From: Candidatus Nanopusillus acidilobi
GTDB taxonomy: Archaea; Nanobdellota; Nanobdellia; Nanobdellales; Nanobdellaceae
Direction of reading: 5' to 3'
NCBI GenBank assembly: GCA_001552015.1
Contig: CP010514.1
Span: forward strand, 390,001 to 422,000
Length of the DNA stretch: 32,000 bases
Position numbers and translations under genes: made by a program. The notes under the pieces are model-generated. The model saw nothing but the letters and a program-made list of their open reading frames with translations, ran no database searches and had not been told where the DNA came from. Shown one piece after another: positions 27,205 to 32,000 of this stretch; position 1 is the first letter of the stretch; every line of letters begins with the position of its first letter.

Positions 27205-28755
27205 ATGGGTATAACTCTGTTATCCGAAAAACCAAAAGTTGAGATAAAGAGTGAAGAACTAAGAAAAATAATAAAATACGATAGCGATGGTCTACCAATA
27301 TTTCCAGCATTTATTAATGGAGAATGGTATTATGGAAATCAAGAATATATAACTATTAATACCCCAATAGATTTATCTCCTATTGCAAAAGTTCCAAAAG
27401 TTCAATATGAAATTATAGAGAAAGAAATTGATAGATTATATAATGAAAGATTTAATGCAAGAAATTATCCAGGATATTTAAGGGTTGAAAAATTATTAAA
27501 AACTGCAGAATTATTAGAAAAATATTCAGAAGACTTTGTAAATTTATTAATTATAAATGCTGGAAAAACAAAAAAGCAAGCTTTGGGAGAGATAGAATCT
27601 ACAATTAATAGAATAAAATATATTGAAACTGATTATAGAAAAATTGTTGGAGATTATTTACCAGGTGAATTTAGTAAAGATTACTTAGAATCCGAAGGAA
27701 TTATAAAAAGAGAACCTTTAGGATTAGTTTTAGCAATATCTCCATTTAATTATCCATTATTTGATTCTGTAAATAAAATAATATTTTCACTATTACCTGG
27801 AAATGCATTAATTATTAAACCTCCATCTTTAGATCCATTACCAGTAATATTATATATTAGATTATTAGAATTAACAGATTTTCCAATGAAATACATATCA
27901 TTAATAACAATACCTGGGAAAGATATGAATAAAATAACACCAAATAAAAAAATATCTTCAATAATATTTACTGGATCTACAGAAACTGGAGAAGAAATAA
28001 TAAAGAATTCTGGAATTAAACAATATTTAATGGAATTGGGCGGAGGGGCTCCTGCATTTGTATTAAATGATATAGATATAGATTATGCAGCAAAAAGAAT
28101 TTCATCCGGAATTACTACATATTCTGGACAAAGATGCGATTCTATAAAAATTATACTTGCAGAAAAAGAAATATATGATAAATTTAAAGAAAAATTAATA
28201 GAAGAAATTTCAAAGGTAAAAATAGGAGATCCTAGAGACGATAATACAACATTTGGACCAATTGCAGATCCTAAGACTGTAGATGAATTTGTATATTCTT
28301 TAGAAGATGCAAAACAAAAAGGAGGAAAAATATTATATGGAGGAAATAGATTAGATAAAACATATATTGAACCTACTTTGATAGAAGTTGATAAAGAAAA
28401 TGTGGATAAATTATATTTATTTAATAAGGAAGTATTCTTATCTGTAGCATTATTAGTAAAAATAGATAATATAGATGAAGGATTAAAAATTATAGAAAAA
28501 AGAAGATATGGATTAGATGCATCAATATTTGGAAATGATATAAATAAAATTAGAAAAATAGCTGAATATTTAGAAGTTGGGGCCGTATATATTAATGATA
28601 TGCCAAGGCATGGAATCGGATATTATCCTTATGGGGGTAGGAAAGATTCTGGAATTGGTAAAGAAGGATTGGGTTATGGGATTGAATATACTACAACATA
28701 TAAATCAATAGTATACAACTATAAGGATAAAGGTATTTGGAATTATAAGATATAA
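27205..28755 (+). CDS. gapN: Aldehyde dehydrogenase superfamily, likely non-phosphorylating glyceraldehyde-3-phosphate dehydrogenase
   Basis: PLGLVLAISPFNYPLFDSVNKI, FTGSTETGEEI, MELGGGAPAFVL, YSGQRCDSIKIIL catalytic Cys, PYGGRKDSGIGKEG. Confidence 0.85.
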   Translation: MGITLLSEKPKVEIKSEELRKIIKYDSDGLPIFPAFINGEWYYGNQEYITINTPIDLSPIAKVPKVQYEIIEKEIDRLYNERFNARNYPGYLRVEKLLKTAELLEKYSEDFVNLLIINAGKTKKQALGEIESTINRIKYIETDYRKIVGDYLPGEFSKDYLESEGIIKREPLGLVLAISPFNYPLFDSVNKIIFSLLPGNALIIKPPSLDPLPVILYIRLLELTDFPMKYISLITIPGKDMNKITPNKKISSIIFTGSTETGEEIIKNSGIKQYLMELGGGAPAFVLNDIDIDYAAKRISSGITTYSGQRCDSIKIILAEKEIYDKFKEKLIEEISKVKIGDPRDDNTTFGPIADPKTVDEFVYSLEDAKQKGGKILYGGNRLDKTYIEPTLIEVDKENVDKLYLFNKEVFLSVALLVKIDNIDEGLKIIEKRRYGLDASIFGNDINKIRKIAEYLEVGAVYINDMPRHGIGYYPYGGRKDSGIGKEGLGYGIEYTTTYKSIVYNYKDKGIWNYKI

Positions 28756-28804
28756 TTTTTTATAATAATTTAGATTAATAAGATTAATTTAAAATAAAAA
28801 TAAT

Positions 28805-29653
28805 ATGCCAGTATTAATGATTTCTAGCATAAGATTTTTAGAAAATTGTTCAGATAAATCTAAAGAAGAAAAATCACCTAAAGGATGTTACTGCATAGAT
28901 ATATCAGATCTGAAATATAGATTTCCCCAAATAAAAGAGGATAAAGAGATAAATATTTTCCTTATAGGATTTATAGATGAAAAAAATAAAATTATTAAAA
29001 AATTTGCACTATTTAAGGAACGATTAGATGGGAAAATATTAAAAGAATTCGATATATTAAATACAAAATATTATATATGCTTACCAACAGACATTTCTGA
29101 TGAACTTGGTATTGGCCAGGACTATAAAGCAGTATTTATTATTACAAAATATGATAACAAACCTCTTGTTCCTGGATATATTAAATATGTTGGAACTGGT
29201 TCTGAAAAATATCAAAAGTTATTCAAAAATATAGGAACTATGTTACTAACACTATTATATTCTATAGACAATGAGATTCTCCATGAAGCGATAATTTATG
29301 CTTTTAATGCATATATTAAACTAAAAAAGGGAGAGATAGAAGATTCGCGTACCTGGTTAAGAAAAGCACTTGAATCTTTAGAAAAAATTTTCAATTATGA
29401 AATAAAGGTATCAGAAATTGAATCAAAAGAATATCCAAAATATATATGTAAATTAATTAAGACATTAAAAAAATTTGTAAACTATGGTGGACCACACGAG
29501 GGACCAGCTCCAGAACATACAACCAAATTTATTCTATATGTAACTAAAAAATTAATAGAACATTTATCTTACTATATTTATAATGAAGTCATTTCTATAG
29601 ATCTTAATAAACCATTAAATTCCAATCCATGTAAAGAAAATGAAAAATATTAA
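28805..29653 (+). CDS. Unknown protein with C-terminal helical, possibly HEPN/Abi-like domain
   Basis: C-terminal helices ending FVNYGGPHEGPAPEHTTKFILYVTKKLIEHLSYYIY; family assignment only by eye. Confidence 0.45.
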   Translation: MPVLMISSIRFLENCSDKSKEEKSPKGCYCIDISDLKYRFPQIKEDKEINIFLIGFIDEKNKIIKKFALFKERLDGKILKEFDILNTKYYICLPTDISDELGIGQDYKAVFIITKYDNKPLVPGYIKYVGTGSEKYQKLFKNIGTMLLTLLYSIDNEILHEAIIYAFNAYIKLKKGEIEDSRTWLRKALESLEKIFNYEIKVSEIESKEYPKYICKLIKTLKKFVNYGGPHEGPAPEHTTKFILYVTKKLIEHLSYYIYNEVISIDLNKPLNSNPCKENEKY

Positions 29654-29735
29654 AATTACTTGCATAAAAATGACTGAATTTGATCAGTTGTGTATATATT
29701 AAAAGGTTTATATTATTGATATTGAATACACTACA

Positions 29736-30266
29736 ATGATTGGTTTTCATCATTACATATATAATATGGACATACGTAGTGATATGGCTGAACTAGTGCT
29801 AAATTACTTACCACAAGGCGGAGTAGCTGCCGATCTTGGTTGTGGAGCAGGTAGGTTTTGTAAGGTGCTATTAAATAAAGCTAGCAAAGTTTACTGTGTA
29901 GATATAAATGACTATGCCATTAATATGGCAAAAGAAAATATTAAGGATGATAGAGCTGTGTTCCTGAATGAAGATGCATCATCAACATCAATACCTGCCA
30001 ACTCTGTAGATCTAGTCATAATGGTTAACGCATTCCATGATATGGAGAATAAAAATAAGGTAGCTTTAGAAGTAAGTAGAATTCTTAAGCAGGGTGGCCT
30101 AGCTTTAATTATAGAGTCTAAACCAGGTTTAACAATGCATGGCCCACCACCATGGTTAAGAATGAGCCCCAATGATGTAATTAAATACTTCAATAATCCT
30201 CAATTTAAAGTAGAAGGTATAAAGGATTTAGGAGATTTTAACGCTATAGTAATTAAAAAGCTTTAA
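29736..30266 (+). CDS. Class I SAM-dependent methyltransferase (Methyltransf_11-like)
   Basis: VAADLGCGAGRFCKVLLNKASKVYCVDI, DLVIMVNAFHDM, ILKQGGLALIIE. Confidence 0.85.
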   Translation: MIGFHHYIYNMDIRSDMAELVLNYLPQGGVAADLGCGAGRFCKVLLNKASKVYCVDINDYAINMAKENIKDDRAVFLNEDASSTSIPANSVDLVIMVNAFHDMENKNKVALEVSRILKQGGLALIIESKPGLTMHGPPPWLRMSPNDVIKYFNNPQFKVEGIKDLGDFNAIVIKKL

Positions 30267-30381
30267 CTTTTTTAGCTATAGGAATACATTTAACCAATTT
30301 ATGAGATATTAATAAATTATCATAATCTATCCAAAAGAATAAAAAATAATTTTTAAGTACAATTTACATAAATAATTTATA

Positions 30382-31473
30382 ATGAAAAAGGTAGGTGATG
30401 TTGAATTAAGATTAGCAAAAGGACCTGTTCCACATTATAGAGAATTAAAAGAATTAGAAAGAAGTATAGTAAAAGTAATTATTGAAGAATTTGGAACAGA
30501 AGAATTAATAAAAAGATATTCAAATCCATTATGGTTTAATTCTTTAGCATGTTTACTTGGATTTGAATGGAACTATTCTGGAATGACTACTGTAACACTA
30601 AAAGCATTAAAAGAAATATCTATAGAAGACAATTTACCAATAATTGTTTTGGGAGGAAAGGGAAAAGATTCTAAAATAACTGAAGAGATAGAAAAAAGAG
30701 ATATAAAGGACAAATTAAAAGATAAGATAAAGGATATATCAATAACTTCTGCAAAAGTTGATAATTATTTAATTCAAGATGGATATAATTTATATTTTCA
30801 TTTTTTAATTTCTGACGAAAAAAGCAATATGACTATTATAAATCAAAAAATGTCAATAAAGGAACAAAAAGTCAGAAGATTTCATTGGATAAATATAAAT
30901 TATTTTGATGATTCCCAAATTGGTTTTGGATCAAATACAAAAACATTAAATTTAGCATCAAAAGAATCTGAAGAATTAAGGAAAAATATTTTAGAAATAC
31001 TTAATGATGAAAGAATAGAAAAAATAAAAGAATATATAATAAGATTAAAATCATATCAAAATAAAAATAATACTATATTAAAATATATTAATAAAGAAAA
31101 CAATGATTACATATTTTATCAAGAATTACCTTACTATTTGAAGATACCCGATAAAATATATTGGAAAGCATTAGAAATTAATAGGACTGTAGAAAATTTC
31201 AAGGATCTATTATTTATAAAAGGTCTTGGACCTGGATTATTAAGAGCATTAGCATATACTGCAAAAATAATATATGGAAGTGAACTATCATGGAAAGATC
31301 CAATAATATATACATTTGCACATGGAACAAAAGTTGGAAAACCATATTATGTTAAAAAAGCATTAATGTTAGAAGAAGCAGAATTATTAAAGAATGCAAT
31401 TGAAGAAGCAAAAGTTAATAATAATTTTAAGTTAAGATCTTTAAGAAAATTAAATGAATTAATTAATATATGA
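30382..31473 (+). CDS. DUF763 family protein
   Basis: ACLLGFEWNYSGMTTVTLKALKE, VLGGKGKDSKITEEI, LLFIKGLGPGLLRALAYTAKIIYG, DPIIYTFAHGTKVGKPYYV. Confidence 0.85.
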   Translation: MKKVGDVELRLAKGPVPHYRELKELERSIVKVIIEEFGTEELIKRYSNPLWFNSLACLLGFEWNYSGMTTVTLKALKEISIEDNLPIIVLGGKGKDSKITEEIEKRDIKDKLKDKIKDISITSAKVDNYLIQDGYNLYFHFLISDEKSNMTIINQKMSIKEQKVRRFHWININYFDDSQIGFGSNTKTLNLASKESEELRKNILEILNDERIEKIKEYIIRLKSYQNKNNTILKYINKENNDYIFYQELPYYLKIPDKIYWKALEINRTVENFKDLLFIKGLGPGLLRALAYTAKIIYGSELSWKDPIIYTFAHGTKVGKPYYVKKALMLEEAELLKNAIEEAKVNNNFKLRSLRKLNELINI

Positions 31474-31508
31474 AAAATTTATAAAATAATGGTGTTATAT
31501 ATTACTAA

Positions 31509-32000
31509 ATGGCTGAAGAAATTTTAAGTGAGGAAGATAAACAAACATTAAAAGAAATGTTCGACAAAAGCTTGAAGAACCCGGTAGAAATAACTGTATA
31601 CTTGGATGAAAAAAATAATAAGGAAACTAGTGATTTTGCAAGAAAAATTGGAGAACTATTAATGCAAATAAATGATAAGATAAAGTTTGAATTCCTAGAT
31701 GCATATGATCCAAAGGTAGAAGAAGAAATGAAAAGCAAGAATTTATTAATAGATAAATATGGAAATAGAAGAGGTCCAATATTTGTATTCAAGAAATATC
31801 CAGGAATTATATATTATGGATTACCATCTGGAGAAGAATTTCCAATATTTTTAGAAGATATAATACATGTATCAAATGAACATTTTGACATAGATGGAGC
31901 TACAGCAAAGAAATTGGCATTAATAAATGAACCTTTAGATATATATGTATTTGTAACTCCAACATGTCCATATTGTCCATATATGACACATCATTCCCAT
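31509..32000 (+). CDS. Protein disulfide oxidoreductase (glutaredoxin/thioredoxin-like tandem fold), 3' truncated by window edge
   Basis: MAEEILSEEDKQTLKEMFDKSLKNPVEITVYLDE...GLPSGEEF...LDIYVFVTPTCPYCPYMTHHSH; CPYC active site in second unit. Confidence 0.8.
   Translation, partial: MAEEILSEEDKQTLKEMFDKSLKNPVEITVYLDEKNNKETSDFARKIGELLMQINDKIKFEFLDAYDPKVEEEMKSKNLLIDKYGNRRGPIFVFKKYPGIIYYGLPSGEEFPIFLEDIIHVSNEHFDIDGATAKKLALINEPLDIYVFVTPTCPYCPYMTHHSH

Noticed and set aside
29671-29693. ACTGA..TCAGT inverted repeat before the methyltransferase gene
   Set aside because: Only 5-bp arms; too short to be meaningful in AT-rich intergenic sequence.
29912-30193. Minus-strand ORF 29912..30193
   Set aside because: Antisense to the methyltransferase with intact SAM motifs; exists because higher GC reduces stop codons.
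31505-31792. Minus-strand ORF 31505..31792
   Set aside because: Antisense to the protein disulfide oxidoreductase.
1-32000. CRISPR arrays, transposons, tRNA or rRNA genes
   Set aside because: By eye no regularly spaced repeats, no transposase motifs and no GC-rich cloverleaf-like segments. The GAACCCGG at 26413-26420 belongs to the sRNA guide, not a tRNA. tRNAscan-SE and CRISPR finders would be decisive.

Overview
The window looks like a compact, very AT-rich archaeal genome from the Nanoarchaeota/DPANN group (Nanopusillus/Nanobsidianus-like). That assignment is an inference from gene content, gene splitting and composition. Most of it is informational housekeeping: NreA, a Dph2 fragment, TFE, a GatE C-terminal fragment, RadB, CCA-adding enzyme, aRF1, Rio1, ribosomal proteins L4-L23-L2-S2, RfcL, RfcS, a HemK/Mtq2-like methyltransferase, two TatD nucleases, ExoIII-type AP endonuclease, DUF763 and a protein disulfide oxidoreductase. 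There is also a GAPN-like aldehyde dehydrogenase. A pilus/secretion-like locus encodes a GspE/FlaI-type ATPase and a FlaJ-type membrane protein, divergent from a coiled-coil protein, a Q/N/P-rich coiled-coil protein and a Cys-rich membrane-anchored protein. A second, orphan FlaJ-like gene lies at 18.3 kb. The most notable observations are: (1) a canonical C/D box sRNA in the 41-bp gap between tatD and exoIII, overlapping the tatD stop codon; (2) Dph2 and GatE each present only as C-terminal portions, suggesting split genes; (3) a cluster of short perfect palindromes upstream of tfe, two of them near-identical 17-mers; (4) a ~60-bp direct repeat matching the 3' end of a membrane-protein gene and flanking an ORFan; (5) two low-complexity plus coiled-coil proteins with a similar layout, at the pilus-like locus and next to the ribosomal cluster. 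I found no CRISPR array, transposase, rRNA or tRNA, and no complete novel system is demonstrable from this sequence alone.
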